Assembly (NCBI GenBank): GCA_963796275.1 | Contig: CAWCKY010000001.1 | Span: 608,001 to 672,000, forward strand | From: an uncultured Acidobacteriota bacterium | Lineage (GTDB): Bacteria; Acidobacteriota; Blastocatellia; RBC074 | Length of the DNA: 64,000 nucleotides | Direction of reading: 5' to 3' | Part shown: one piece after another, positions 47,712 through 57,528 of the stretch | How positions within the stretch are numbered: the stretch's first letter is position 1 | Layout of the letters: every line of letters starts with the position of its first letter | The notes under the pieces: model-generated | The model's input: the letters and a program-made list of their open reading frames with translations, nothing else | Database searches by the model: none | What the model was told of the DNA's origin: nothing | Position numbers and translations under genes: made by a program

Positions 47712-48404
47712 TCAATAATTTGTCAAAATATTCTCGGATGGAAATCCGAGATTCTGTAACCGATCGCGCGTCTGGTCGACCATCTCATTCGACCCCGCGA
47801 CGAGGGCGACAGGTTCTTGCAACCCGGGTATCAAATTGTCGAGCAGGCTTTGCACATAACCCGTAGGACCGCCCCAATCGGTCTCCCCCGGGCGGCTGAT
47901 GACCTGACGCAGCTCGATCCTGCTCTCGCTCCATTCTGTTGCCATCTCTTGCGCAAAGCAGAAATCTTCAACCGTACGTACGCCGTAGAGCACGATCAGC
48001 CGGCCGTACTCAACGCGCGATAACAGGATGTGGCGCAATGCTGAACGCAGCGGAGCAACTCCCGTGCCCATCGCTATGAAGACGAGATCGCGTCCCCTGT
48101 GTTCTTCTACCGGAAAGCCTCTACCGACGATATCCTTCAGCTTCACTTGTTTGGCGATGTGTGGATCGAAGAGCGCACCGGTGACGTTACCCGATTGACT
48201 GCGTTTGATCAAAAACTCATATTCGTTTTCTTCAGGCGCAGACGCGAAAGCGATGTATGTCGGGCGGCAATCGGCCATCTCGAGAACCGCGATCTGTCCG
48301 GCCGTGAAACTCGGGCGCTCCGCATTCTGCGGCACCATGAAGAAACTCCATACATTGGGCGTATGTTTATTGACACGGGTGATACTCAGGTTAATCGGAT
48401 TCAT
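47712..48404 (-). CDS. FAD/NAD(P)-binding oxidoreductase (ferredoxin-reductase-like)
   Basis: FTAGQ, GRGFP, AMGTGVAPLRS, LYGVR and GYVQ motifs. Confidence 0.85.
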   Translation of the reverse strand: MNPINLSITRVNKHTPNVWSFFMVPQNAERPSFTAGQIAVLEMADCRPTYIAFASAPEENEYEFLIKRSQSGNVTGALFDPHIAKQVKLKDIVGRGFPVEEHRGRDLVFIAMGTGVAPLRSALRHILLSRVEYGRLIVLYGVRTVEDFCFAQEMATEWSESRIELRQVISRPGETDWGGPTGYVQSLLDNLIPGLQEPVALVAGSNEMVDQTRDRLQNLGFPSENILTNY

Positions 48405-50236
48405 TGTTTTGTCGTGTAATGCGATTCTTTCTCAGCGTAAAGCTGATCGATCGATTTCTTGTACTTATCTACGACGACGCGGCGCTTAACCTTTAGCGTC
48501 GGCGTCAATTCGCCGCTTTCCACAGTCATCTCGCGATCGAGCAGTAAGACGGCTTTGACCTTCTCATAATGCGAAAAATCACCGGTGCATTTATCGACCT
48601 CATTTTCGATCATATTGATGACCTTAGGATTCTTGAGCAGGTCAGCTCCATCGCCGTCCGCGATTCCGATCTGTGTGGCATAGACCCGAAGCGCATCCAT
48701 CTGCGGCACGATCAATGCCGCCGGGAATTTGCGCTGATCTCCGATGACGACCACCTGGTTGACGAATCGGCTTCGCTTGATCGCGTTCTCGATGGGCTGC
48801 GGTGCGATATATTTACCACCGCTCGTTTTGAGCAGGTCTTTCTTGCGGTCGGTGATGAAGAGGAACCCATCAGCGTCGAGGTAACCGATATCGCCGGTAT
48901 GTAGCCAGATGCGCCCCTCTTTATCGGTTGTAAGCGCGCTCTTCGTCTCTTCATCACGGTTGAAGTAACCGAGCATGACGTTCGGGCCCGAGCAGAGAAT
49001 CTCGCCATCTTCCGCGATCTTAACCGCCACCCCTGATATGGCTTGGCCGACGGAGCCGATTCGATTCGCGGATGGACAGTTGGCTGTGATCGTGGGAGAG
49101 CTCTCCGTCAAGCCGTAGCCTTGATAGATGATGAGTCCGGCGCCGTAAAACGTAAGCCCCAGCTCCAGTGAAAGCGGAGCCCCTCCGGATGCCAGCGCGC
49201 GGATGCGGCCGCCCAGAGCGGCGCGCCACTTCGTGAAGACCAGCTTGTCGGCGATGCTATGCTTGAGCCGCAGGAACGCACCGGGTTCCTCCCCGCTCGT
49301 TACTACCCTCGCCCACTCTCTGCCCTGGAACACCGCCCAGCGCGCTATCGCGGCCTTGAGGCGGCCACCTTCCTCCGCTTTTTCCATCGCGCGCGCAAAT
49401 ATTTTTTCGAACAGCCGGGGCACGCTCGTCATAAACTGGGGACGCGCCTCGAGGAGGTCCTGAGCTACGGTATCTATGCTCTGGGCATAGAAGATCGAAA
49501 ACCTCTTGTAGAGGTACATGTAAATGGTGGTCCGTTCGAAGATATGCGAGAAGGGAAGAAAGCTGAGAGAGGTGTCGCCTTCTTGCAACTCCGCGATCTT
49601 CGCGTTGGCGAGCGCGTTCGATACCAGATTTTTATGCGTCAGCATAACGCCCTTGGGATCGCCGGTCGTGCCCGATGTATAGATCAAGGTCGCGATACTG
49701 TCATGCCGTACGGTTGCGCGTAGGGTCTCGTAAAGCTGCGGTTCGGATCGATCAACCTGCCGGCCCAATTCGATGAGGTCTTCAAAGTGTACAACTCTGT
49801 CAGTCGACGATTTGATCGCATCGAAGGCGACGATGACTCGCAGCCGCGGACAAGAAGCCAATGCTTCCCGCACGCGCTCGTATTGCGCTTGATTGGAAAT
49901 AAAGAGCACCTCGACGCTGGCGTCATTCAGGATATATGCGACCTGTTTCGGAGCCTGAGTAGAGTAGATCGGCACGTCGGCCGCGCCGCAGTTGAGGACG
50001 CCGAGGTCGGCTAACGTCCATTCAATGCGATTTTCGGAAAGTAAACCGACGTGATCGCCCGCGCGCACACCCAGATCATAAAGTCCCATCGTCACCAGCC
50101 GGACTTTGCCGTCGAGCTCGCGCGCGGAGACCTGATGCCATTTGCCATCGCGCTTGTAATTGATCAGATTAGGTTTGTCTCTCGCCACTGCGTGGCGGAA
50201 GAGATCGATTACCGTGGTGATTGAGTCACCCTGCAT
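48401..50236 (-). CDS. fadD: Long-chain fatty acid-CoA ligase
   Basis: YTSGTTGDPKG, GYGLTE, LHTGDIG, DRKKDLLKTSGGK and LTPTLK motifs. Confidence 0.93.
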   Translation of the reverse strand: MQGDSITTVIDLFRHAVARDKPNLINYKRDGKWHQVSARELDGKVRLVTMGLYDLGVRAGDHVGLLSENRIEWTLADLGVLNCGAADVPIYSTQAPKQVAYILNDASVEVLFISNQAQYERVREALASCPRLRVIVAFDAIKSSTDRVVHFEDLIELGRQVDRSEPQLYETLRATVRHDSIATLIYTSGTTGDPKGVMLTHKNLVSNALANAKIAELQEGDTSLSFLPFSHIFERTTIYMYLYKRFSIFYAQSIDTVAQDLLEARPQFMTSVPRLFEKIFARAMEKAEEGGRLKAAIARWAVFQGREWARVVTSGEEPGAFLRLKHSIADKLVFTKWRAALGGRIRALASGGAPLSLELGLTFYGAGLIIYQGYGLTESSPTITANCPSANRIGSVGQAISGVAVKIAEDGEILCSGPNVMLGYFNRDEETKSALTTDKEGRIWLHTGDIGYLDADGFLFITDRKKDLLKTSGGKYIAPQPIENAIKRSRFVNQVVVIGDQRKFPAALIVPQMDALRVYATQIGIADGDGADLLKNPKVINMIENEVDKCTGDFSHYEKVKAVLLLDREMTVESGELTPTLKVKRRVVVDKYKKSIDQLYAEKESHYTTKQ

Positions 50237-50867
50237 GGCTTTCACAGACCCCATTAAAGAAGATATCGAGAACAGGCTCGACCATAGCGGTCAGACTGTG
50301 TTTTTTATGACTGAGCACCCAATTGGTAGCCATCTCGTCGAGCATGCCGAAGAGCGCCTTCGTGACTACTTTTGAATTGAGCTGCTTGCGGAAAAATCCC
50401 TGGCGCTGGCCATCTTCCACGATCTCGCGGAGCATCTGCAAGTATTCGGCCAGGTACGTGGTCGAAAATTGCTCCATAAATTTGGTCGATTGACGCAATT
50501 CGATTTGAAAGACGATTGCAATGTCGCGTTCCTGCTCGAGCAAAGAGAAGTGTAGATTGGCGAAGCGCCGGAGCTTCTCTCGCGGTTCGGTAGCATCCTG
50601 TATCTCGGCGCGCGCGCGCCGCAGGAACTCGCCCATCGCCCAACTGAAGATCGATGTCAGTAGATCGTCCTTATTCTTGAAGTATAGATAGACGGTGCCA
50701 TCCGCTACCCCCGCCGTTCGCGCCACGTCGGAGACTTTTGCATTGAAATATCCCGAGCGCGCGAATACCTTGGCTGCCGCAGCCAATATGGCTACGTATT
50801 TTTCATTGCGTAATTTTTCGTCGGGCACCTCGGCGCTGCGAGCAACCAGTTTGTTCTTCATTGGCAT
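50226..50867 (-). CDS. fadR: TetR-family fatty-acid degradation repressor (Bacillus FadR/YsiA-like)
   Basis: AGVADGTVYLYFKNKDDLL HTH and FQIELRQS. Heads the fad operon. Start moved downstream of the operator. Confidence 0.85.
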   Translation of the reverse strand: MPMKNKLVARSAEVPDEKLRNEKYVAILAAAAKVFARSGYFNAKVSDVARTAGVADGTVYLYFKNKDDLLTSIFSWAMGEFLRRARAEIQDATEPREKLRRFANLHFSLLEQERDIAIVFQIELRQSTKFMEQFSTTYLAEYLQMLREIVEDGQRQGFFRKQLNSKVVTKALFGMLDEMATNWVLSHKKHSLTAMVEPVLDIFFNGVCESHAG

Positions 50868-50891
50868 AGTCGGGGGATCGATGATTATTGT

Positions 50892-50909
50892 TGAATGAAC
50901 GCTCATTCA
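50892..50909. promoter_or_regulatory. FadR(YsiA)-type operator
   Basis: TGAATGA-ACGC-TCATTCA with perfect palindromic arms, like the B. subtilis FadR box. A weaker copy lies at about 51001-51017. Confidence 0.85.
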
Positions 50910-50917
50910 GTTGATAA

Positions 50918-50946
50918 ATCTTATCGGAAATCGCAGAAGCGAGCAA
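50918..50946 (-). promoter_or_regulatory. Sigma70-type promoter of the fad operon
   Basis: TTGCTC-N17-TAAGAT on the minus strand, immediately upstream of the operator. Confidence 0.6.
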
Positions 50947-51059
50947 TACGATCTGAGGTCCCGGGGTTGATTCAGGATTGAAAAATTTGAGGCGCGCAAT
51001 TGAATGATGGGCATTCGCAATATCTTTGATATATTTTTCAAGAAGAAAACTTCAGGCAG

Positions 51060-51131
51060 AAATGCGACGGGCCTGCATGAAAGCTGGGAGCTAACATGCA
51101 GGCCCTTAATCCAACTCAGTTATTTGTTATT
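51060..51131 (-). ncRNA. Candidate small RNA (promoter plus terminal hairpin)
   Basis: TTGACT-N16-(TGc)TATGAT at 51165-51138, followed by an 11-bp perfect stem GGGCCTGCATG/CATGCAGGCCC (51069-51105). Confidence 0.35.
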
Positions 51132-51297
51132 GCGGTGATCATAGCACTCTCGACGCGTAAGTCAACTCACTTGACACAGGGTATATCATTAAATTGTAGC
51201 CTCATTCTTCCCGCTGACCTGCCCCCTTCGGTTTGCGACTCCACGGTAGTGTTGTAGGCTTCATATTGGATTCTATAAGAAAAAAACATCGCTCTCT

Positions 51298-52405
51298 ATG
51301 GGTATTCAAAGCAGTAACGAACCAAGGAAAATAGGTGTTGTCACAGGAGGCGGTGATTGCCCCGGTCTCAATGCTGTAGTCCGCGCCGTCGTCATCGGCG
51401 CGATCAATCGCAGATGGGAAGTCTACGGTATCGAACGCGGATTCGAAGGCTTGTTATCACCGAGTCGCGTACATCTGCTCAACACACACGACGTGCGGGG
51501 CATCATTCACACGGGCGGTACGATTCTGGGAACGACCAACCGCGGCAACCCATTCAAACTCAAAGTCGAAGAGCACGGTGAGACGAATATCTATCGATAT
51601 CTCGGACCAGGTCGTGGCGGCATTTCATCATCTCGGTCTCGATTCACTCATCGTCATCGGCGGAGATGGGACGCTCAAGATCGCCAGCGATCTGGCACAG
51701 AAGGGGATTTCGGTCATAGGCGTGCCGAAAACGATCGATAACGACATCATGGCCACCGAGATGACCTTCGGCTTCAGCACAGCGGTAACGACGGCGACGG
51801 ATGCCATCGATAAACTGCATGCCACGGCCGAATCGCACGAGCGCGTCATGATAGTCGAAGTCATGGGGCGCTATGCCGGATGGATCGCACTCTACTCGGG
51901 TGTGGCTGGGGGAGCGGACGTGATCCTGCTTCCCGAGATCCCATTCAATCTCGAATCGATAGCGCGCAAGCTGGACGATCGCTGGCGCCGCAAGCGCAAC
52001 TTCGCGATCATCGTCGCGGCAGAAGGTGCCCGCCCTGTCGGCGGCGAGATGATCTTTAAGGCATTCGAAGTAGGCCGTGAACCTCGGTTAGGTGGGATAG
52101 CAGACCGGCTGGCGGAAGACCTGCATCGGATCACCGGTTATGAAACGCGCTCTCTGGTTCTGGGCCATCTTCAGCGTGGCGGGCAACCGACCCCGGCCGA
52201 CCGTCTGCTCGCGACGCGATTCGGCGCCGCTGCCGTTCGCGCGATCGAATGCGGCGAACGAAATATGATGGTCGCCTACCAGTCTTCAACTATTATCACG
52301 GTCCCGCTCGAACGCGCGATCAACGAGATCAAATGCGTTCCGCTCGATCATGATTTAATCCAATCCGCGCGCGACCTCGGTATTTCGCTGGGCGACGAAA
52401 GATAA
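51298..52405 (+). pseudogene. pfkA: 6-phosphofructokinase (group III type) with a 1-nt frameshift, probably intact in vivo
   Basis: TGGGDCPGLN and GTTNRG in the first frame; GGDG, PKTIDND, EVMGR and LGHLQRGG in the +1 frame. Frames join at about 51583-51590 (ACG-A-ATA). Confidence 0.85.
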
Positions 52406-52502
52406 GCTTCAACAAAAAATTCAGCTGAAAGTCAGAAAGTCGGAATCAGAGAATTCTGAAGAGCTTTATGTAAACTAAGTTAATTGATGTTTAAATGGCG
52501 AT

Positions 52503-52587
52503 CGAATCAGTACCGCGAGCGGTAGCGAGCGTGTCTCAATCATCTAGATCGTGTACAACGCTCGCTACCGCTCGCGGTACTGATTCG
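52503..52587. repeat. REP-like palindrome between convergent genes
   Basis: 30-bp perfect stem CGAATCAGTACCGCGAGCGGTAGCGAGCGT and its complement. Outer ACTAAGTT/AACTTAGT arms extend it. Confidence 0.9.
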
Positions 52588-52678
52588 TCGATCATCAAGA
52601 AACTTAGTCTTAGTTAACCGTGTATTTATTCTGTCGCCCGGATTTTCTTCAGTTAGGATTTTTGTCGCGAAACTTCCT

Positions 52679-53710
52679 CTAAATCAGCCCATGCTTGGCC
52701 AGCAATCTGAGGAGCACAGGCTCCACTTCGGTCCGGATCGCCTGGTTGGCATATCCGATCCAGGAAACATCGGTTGTCGTATCGAGCGGCACATCGAGCA
52801 GCCCGCCCCGCCCGTCAGTGATCTCCACTCCCGCTTCCTGAGCGATCAAAACCGTGCAAACGTCGTATGGATGGCAGGCGTGGCCTCCGTGCATCCCATT
52901 GCGGCGAAACATTTGGTAAAGCAATCCGCGGACATCGACCAGCATGCGGTCGTGCCCTGTGATCAATTCGTAAAGCTGTCCGCCAGTTGAAAGATATTGG
53001 TCATCGAACAATGCGGTCTTACTCTGATCGAGCCCTCCGATCAATTCGCGCACCAGCTCTTCTTCGATGGCTGCGAATACCTCTTTGCCGCCAGGCATCG
53101 CATGGAAGATCGATGCAAAACCGCCGCTGATTGTCGTGGCGCGCGATGGCTCCGGGTGAAATTGCTTAAGCTCATGCGTGATGAGATTCGATGTCAGCCC
53201 AAATGCCCCTGTACCGCGTACAGCCCAGATCACATCGGCCACTGCCGCGCGCGTCGTGGGTATCTCGATTTGCACGGCCACATCGATGTCTGTCAGCGAG
53301 GTCTCTTCACCGCGGTTTGGTGCGATCCCGGCGAGCCACCACGCGCTCCGCTTGTTGTACATAATCGGGCGCGTGCCGTCTATCGGGTCAACGATCAAGC
53401 GCGCCTGACACTGATCGATCGGTATGTGGGAGGGAAACGCCAGCGGCTTTTCGTCATTGACGCCTTCACATATCAATGCGAAAGAGAGCGCCGGCTGAAG
53501 CTCCTCTGCCAATGCCGGCAAGAGAATCGTCTCGACCGAACGGTCGATGACATAGATTTTGTCGGCAGCCGATTCGAAAGCAACGGCCGAGAGCGATTCG
53601 GCTGATTCCTGTCGCAATTGGTTCAAGACGTGCTCGCGGACGCGCTCGCCGATACGGATGAGCCGTTCCGTGATCTCGATGGTATTGTACGGAGTCTGCA
53701 ATGAGTTCAT
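52679..53710 (-). CDS. Inositol-monophosphatase/FIG-superfamily phosphatase
   Basis: ADKIYVIDR..E, IVDPIDGT and HPYDV..IAQEAG..ITD motifs. Confidence 0.8.
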   Translation of the reverse strand: MNSLQTPYNTIEITERLIRIGERVREHVLNQLRQESAESLSAVAFESAADKIYVIDRSVETILLPALAEELQPALSFALICEGVNDEKPLAFPSHIPIDQCQARLIVDPIDGTRPIMYNKRSAWWLAGIAPNRGEETSLTDIDVAVQIEIPTTRAAVADVIWAVRGTGAFGLTSNLITHELKQFHPEPSRATTISGGFASIFHAMPGGKEVFAAIEEELVRELIGGLDQSKTALFDDQYLSTGGQLYELITGHDRMLVDVRGLLYQMFRRNGMHGGHACHPYDVCTVLIAQEAGVEITDGRGGLLDVPLDTTTDVSWIGYANQAIRTEVEPVLLRLLAKHGLI

Positions 53711-53858
53711 TTCTATTGTTGCATTGTATTCGCCCGGCCTTTCGCCGCCTCAGTCGCGCTTGAATTCAGCCGCAGCTATTATTCGGTTTTTAATCCGGTT
53801 AAAAACCACTCGGCGAATTTCAGCGCCACAACCGCGGTTAGTAGCACGGGCAGTTACG

Positions 53859-56138
53859 TCACATCTTCTTAACCGCGCCATCGATTTTCAAACGGAATTT
53901 TTCGAGCGAATCGGGAGGGCTTGCGCTGAGTCGCATGAGCAGATTCTCCTCGCGCTCCAGCGTGATCTCGCTCCTCTTCTTCTCTCTCTTACCGTCGGAA
54001 AAGAGCGAAGATACGGGTGAGTCATCGTTGAAGCGCAATCGCTTCGATTTGCTATCGAAGAGCTCGACCCTGAGTGTCGATCCGTTTCCCTGAACTTCGA
54101 GGTTCAGACTCAAGTTTCCCGGACCGGCAGCGAATGTGAAATAGCTCTCTCTTCCGATACTGCGATCGGATATTTCCTTCGACGTGAGCGCTTCCGGACT
54201 GTCTCTCGGAGCGAAGAGCGCTTTGATCTCCTCAGATGCTTCGGTGGCTGATTTCGCCTCATCACGATTTATCGATGCCACGGGCCCATCGATCCGCACA
54301 CGAAAAGCCTGAATCTTCTGAGGGGCAGCGTTGTAAATACGCAACAGGAATTTTCCCTGGCGATCGACGGAAAGGCGAGCGGTGTCTTCTTCATTGGTCT
54401 GCTGGCTCGCCGAGACCGCGAATCTCTTCGAGCCGCCCTCGAAGGGCAGACGTTCAGCTTCATCGTTGAAGATTTCCGCGGATATCGTTGCGCCATCTCC
54501 GATGACATTCAAGGTTAACTTGATCTCTCCCGGTCCCGCGGTAAAATCATAGTAAGTCTCTCTCTTGCCGCTTTGGCCGGCGAAGACAGCGTTTGGACCC
54601 AGCGGCAATGGACGGTCGCGATTCGCGAATAACGCGCCCAGAGCCGATTTTTCAGGGCTCGTGGCTGCCTCATCCGTCAGTTTTGCGCGGCCGTCGATAC
54701 GCAGACGAAAGGCTCTCAGATTTTTGCCACTCCGCACGCGCAGCCGCAAGGGTTGTTCGCGCTCGACGACCAGCCTCGCTATCTCCTCTTCGTGTTCGCC
54801 GCCTGATGTTAGGGAAAGGTTTGGTTTATCCCCGACAAACTTCATCAGCGTCTTTTGTTCATCGAGCGCTTCGACAGTGACGCTCGATCCATTGCCCAAT
54901 ACATCTAGCGCCAGTTTCAGTACCCCTGCCTCGGCGATGAAATTGTAATCGTGTTCCGCTTCCGTTCCGTCCTCAATGATCACGGTCACGCGGGAAGAGA
55001 GCAAAGGACCCTTGGTGGCTTCGGGTGTCGGATCGGGATTGATCTTAGTCGATACCACTCGAGTTGTTTCGTTCGTCCGGTTCCATGAAAAATAAGTGAT
55101 CGATGAAATCGCAGCAATGACGGCCGCGACTGCGCAGGCGATCCAGACCCACCTTCCCCTCTTTCGGGGGTCGCTGAACTTTAGATCGAAATTTTGCGCT
55201 GGAGCTGCGGTCGCATCCCAATCCGTTTGTATTACGGAGGCGACAGTCACCGGCAAAGTTTTATTGACAGCCGGTTGCACGCGGGTCTGGGCCGACGATG
55301 CTTGAAAAGCTGCGACGCGCGCTGATTGTCGCAATTCGGCTCGCAGCGCTGCGGCGCTCGCAGGACGATTGTTGCGGTCCAGCGTCAGAGCCCGCTCCAG
55401 CGCGGCAGAGACGGCAGGGGATACCTGAGCATTAACTTCGTGCGCGGGGCGCAGCGGATCATTGCGTCTTTCTATGAGCGCAGTCGCGCGCGTCACCGCA
55501 TTCGGCGGGATGACGCCGGTCATGAGGTGATAGAAGCTCGCTGCCAGGCTGTAGATATCGCTGCGGGGATCGGTCCCGGTGCCCTGTATCTGTTCGAGCG
55601 GAGCATAGTTTAAAGTGTATCCGCGCACGCTGCGGTGTGGGCGCATTGTGTCAATGGAGGCTTCTTTGGCCAGGCCGAAATCGAGCAGGATCACCTCGCC
55701 GCGTTCGTTCAGTTTGAGGTTCTGCGGTTTGATGTCGCGATGAATGACCGGAGGTCGTTGCGAGTGGAGGTATTCGAGCGCTACGAGCGCCTGGTCGGCC
55801 CACGCCAGCGCATCGGCCTGCGGAATGGGTCCTCCATTTAACCGCAGTATCATCGACAGGTCTTCGCCGCGGATATATTCCATGACGAGGAATTGGCCTT
55901 CCCCTTCGGTGAAATGATCGATCACTTTCGGAAGAGCCTGGTGGCGCAGGGTCGCCAGTATGCTCGCTTCGCGGTGAAAGGCCATCCGCATCGCTTCATC
56001 GACGAATAACGTCTCTTTTAAAGCTACGATATTACCTAACCGTTCATCGCGCGCCTCGTAGACCGCGCCCATACCTCCTCGGGCGAGCAATTTCAGAATC
56101 AGATAACGGTTTTGTAACAGGGTGTCGGGACTGAGCAT
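53859..56138 (-). CDS. Hanks-type Ser/Thr kinase with TM and three extracytoplasmic repeats
   Basis: GGMGAVY, VALKE, HRDIKPQN, DFGLAK and YAPLEQ motifs. TM WVWIACAVAAVIAAI, followed by three F.A..G...F(R)LRIDG repeats. Confidence 0.92.
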   Translation of the reverse strand: MLSPDTLLQNRYLILKLLARGGMGAVYEARDERLGNIVALKETLFVDEAMRMAFHREASILATLRHQALPKVIDHFTEGEGQFLVMEYIRGEDLSMILRLNGGPIPQADALAWADQALVALEYLHSQRPPVIHRDIKPQNLKLNERGEVILLDFGLAKEASIDTMRPHRSVRGYTLNYAPLEQIQGTGTDPRSDIYSLAASFYHLMTGVIPPNAVTRATALIERRNDPLRPAHEVNAQVSPAVSAALERALTLDRNNRPASAAALRAELRQSARVAAFQASSAQTRVQPAVNKTLPVTVASVIQTDWDATAAPAQNFDLKFSDPRKRGRWVWIACAVAAVIAAISSITYFSWNRTNETTRVVSTKINPDPTPEATKGPLLSSRVTVIIEDGTEAEHDYNFIAEAGVLKLALDVLGNGSSVTVEALDEQKTLMKFVGDKPNLSLTSGGEHEEEIARLVVEREQPLRLRVRSGKNLRAFRLRIDGRAKLTDEAATSPEKSALGALFANRDRPLPLGPNAVFAGQSGKRETYYDFTAGPGEIKLTLNVIGDGATISAEIFNDEAERLPFEGGSKRFAVSASQQTNEEDTARLSVDRQGKFLLRIYNAAPQKIQAFRVRIDGPVASINRDEAKSATEASEEIKALFAPRDSPEALTSKEISDRSIGRESYFTFAAGPGNLSLNLEVQGNGSTLRVELFDSKSKRLRFNDDSPVSSLFSDGKREKKRSEITLEREENLLMRLSASPPDSLEKFRLKIDGAVKKM

Positions 56139-56276
56139 ATAGATAAATCTTTTATCGTTTCAGGGGGGCGCCTGCTACCGTAGTCTATCACTGCCCGGAA
56201 AAATACGAGAGTAATTTCCCGTCTTAAATTCCCCATTCCCGCCTATTTCGATTTAGAATGGCGATGGTAAAGCATC

Positions 56277-57458
56277 ATGAAAAATACGTGGTATTTCGCT
56301 AGTTCTATCGTCTACTTATTTCTGATCCCTTTCATCTCTTCAGCCTCGGCGCAACAGGTTCCGGCGAAGGATTACCTCGTCTACGTCGTATCTGAATCGG
56401 CCGATAAAATCTCGCTTATTCGATACGGCCCCAAGGGGGCTCGGATCGAACGCGAGCTCGCGACTGGGTTGATGGAGCCTGATATTGATGGGCCGCACGG
56501 TATCGCTCTCTCTCCTGACAGGGAGCATTACTTCGTCTCTCTCGGTCACGGGAGACCATATGGCTCGGTGTGGAAGTATGATGTCAAAACCGACCAGGCG
56601 GTAGGAAAAGTCGGCCTCGGCTTTTTCCCGGCGACCATGGAAGTTTCTCCCGACGGGAATTTCTTGTATGTCGTCAACTTCAATCTCCATGGCGATATGG
56701 TGCCATCGTCCGTGTCGGTGGTGCTGGCGAATGAGATGCTCGAGATCAAGCGCATCCCTACCTGCACCATGCCTCACGGATCGCGCTTCAATCCGCAAGG
56801 CACCAGGCACTATTCCGCTTGTATGATGGACGATATGCTCGTCGAGATCGACACCGAGACGTTGAAAGTGTCCCGCCATTATTTATTGACGCAGGGAAAG
56901 GAAGCCGGCGGTGAGGGAGAGCCGCCCCAGCGAACGAAAGATCATTCGGGAACCGGCCGGCGTGAGAGCGCGGGGCATGCAGGACATGGTCTCGAGCCGC
57001 CGAAACCAGGTGACATCGCCTGTTCCCCGACCTGGGCGCAGCCTTCAAGCGATGGATCGATGGTTTATGTTGCCTGTAACAAATCGAGTGAGATCGTAGA
57101 GGTGGATGCCAAGACGTGGAGGATCACGCGCAGGATTGCGGCCGGCCCGGGCGTTTACAATCTGGCTGTAACTAAAGACGGGCGAATGATCGCCACCAAC
57201 AAGCGCGGGCCATCAGTCTCGGTCTTCGATCTTAGATCCGGTAAGGAGCTCGCTCGCATTCCGACAAGACGCAAGGTCGTCCACGGCGCGGCCGTCTCCC
57301 CGGATAACCGCTATGCCTTCATTTCAGTCGAGGGCATCGGCAGCGAACCCGGAACGGTTGAAGTGATAGAGCTGGAGACTCTTCGTACGGTTGCGACTGT
57401 CGATGTTGCGCAACAGGCAGCCGGAATCGATTTCTTTCGGATTGAATCGGTGAAGTGA
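56277..57458 (+). CDS. Secreted YncE/YVTN beta-propeller protein
   Basis: Signal peptide and repeated PHG/SPDG..YV blades. Confidence 0.8.
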   Translation: MKNTWYFASSIVYLFLIPFISSASAQQVPAKDYLVYVVSESADKISLIRYGPKGARIERELATGLMEPDIDGPHGIALSPDREHYFVSLGHGRPYGSVWKYDVKTDQAVGKVGLGFFPATMEVSPDGNFLYVVNFNLHGDMVPSSVSVVLANEMLEIKRIPTCTMPHGSRFNPQGTRHYSACMMDDMLVEIDTETLKVSRHYLLTQGKEAGGEGEPPQRTKDHSGTGRRESAGHAGHGLEPPKPGDIACSPTWAQPSSDGSMVYVACNKSSEIVEVDAKTWRITRRIAAGPGVYNLAVTKDGRMIATNKRGPSVSVFDLRSGKELARIPTRRKVVHGAAVSPDNRYAFISVEGIGSEPGTVEVIELETLRTVATVDVAQQAAGIDFFRIESVK

Positions 57459-57528
57459 TCGGAATGAGTCAAAAGAGACGAACGCTAGGAAGAGAATCGC
57501 ACATGCGCGTCGTCTCTTTGTTTTAGCT

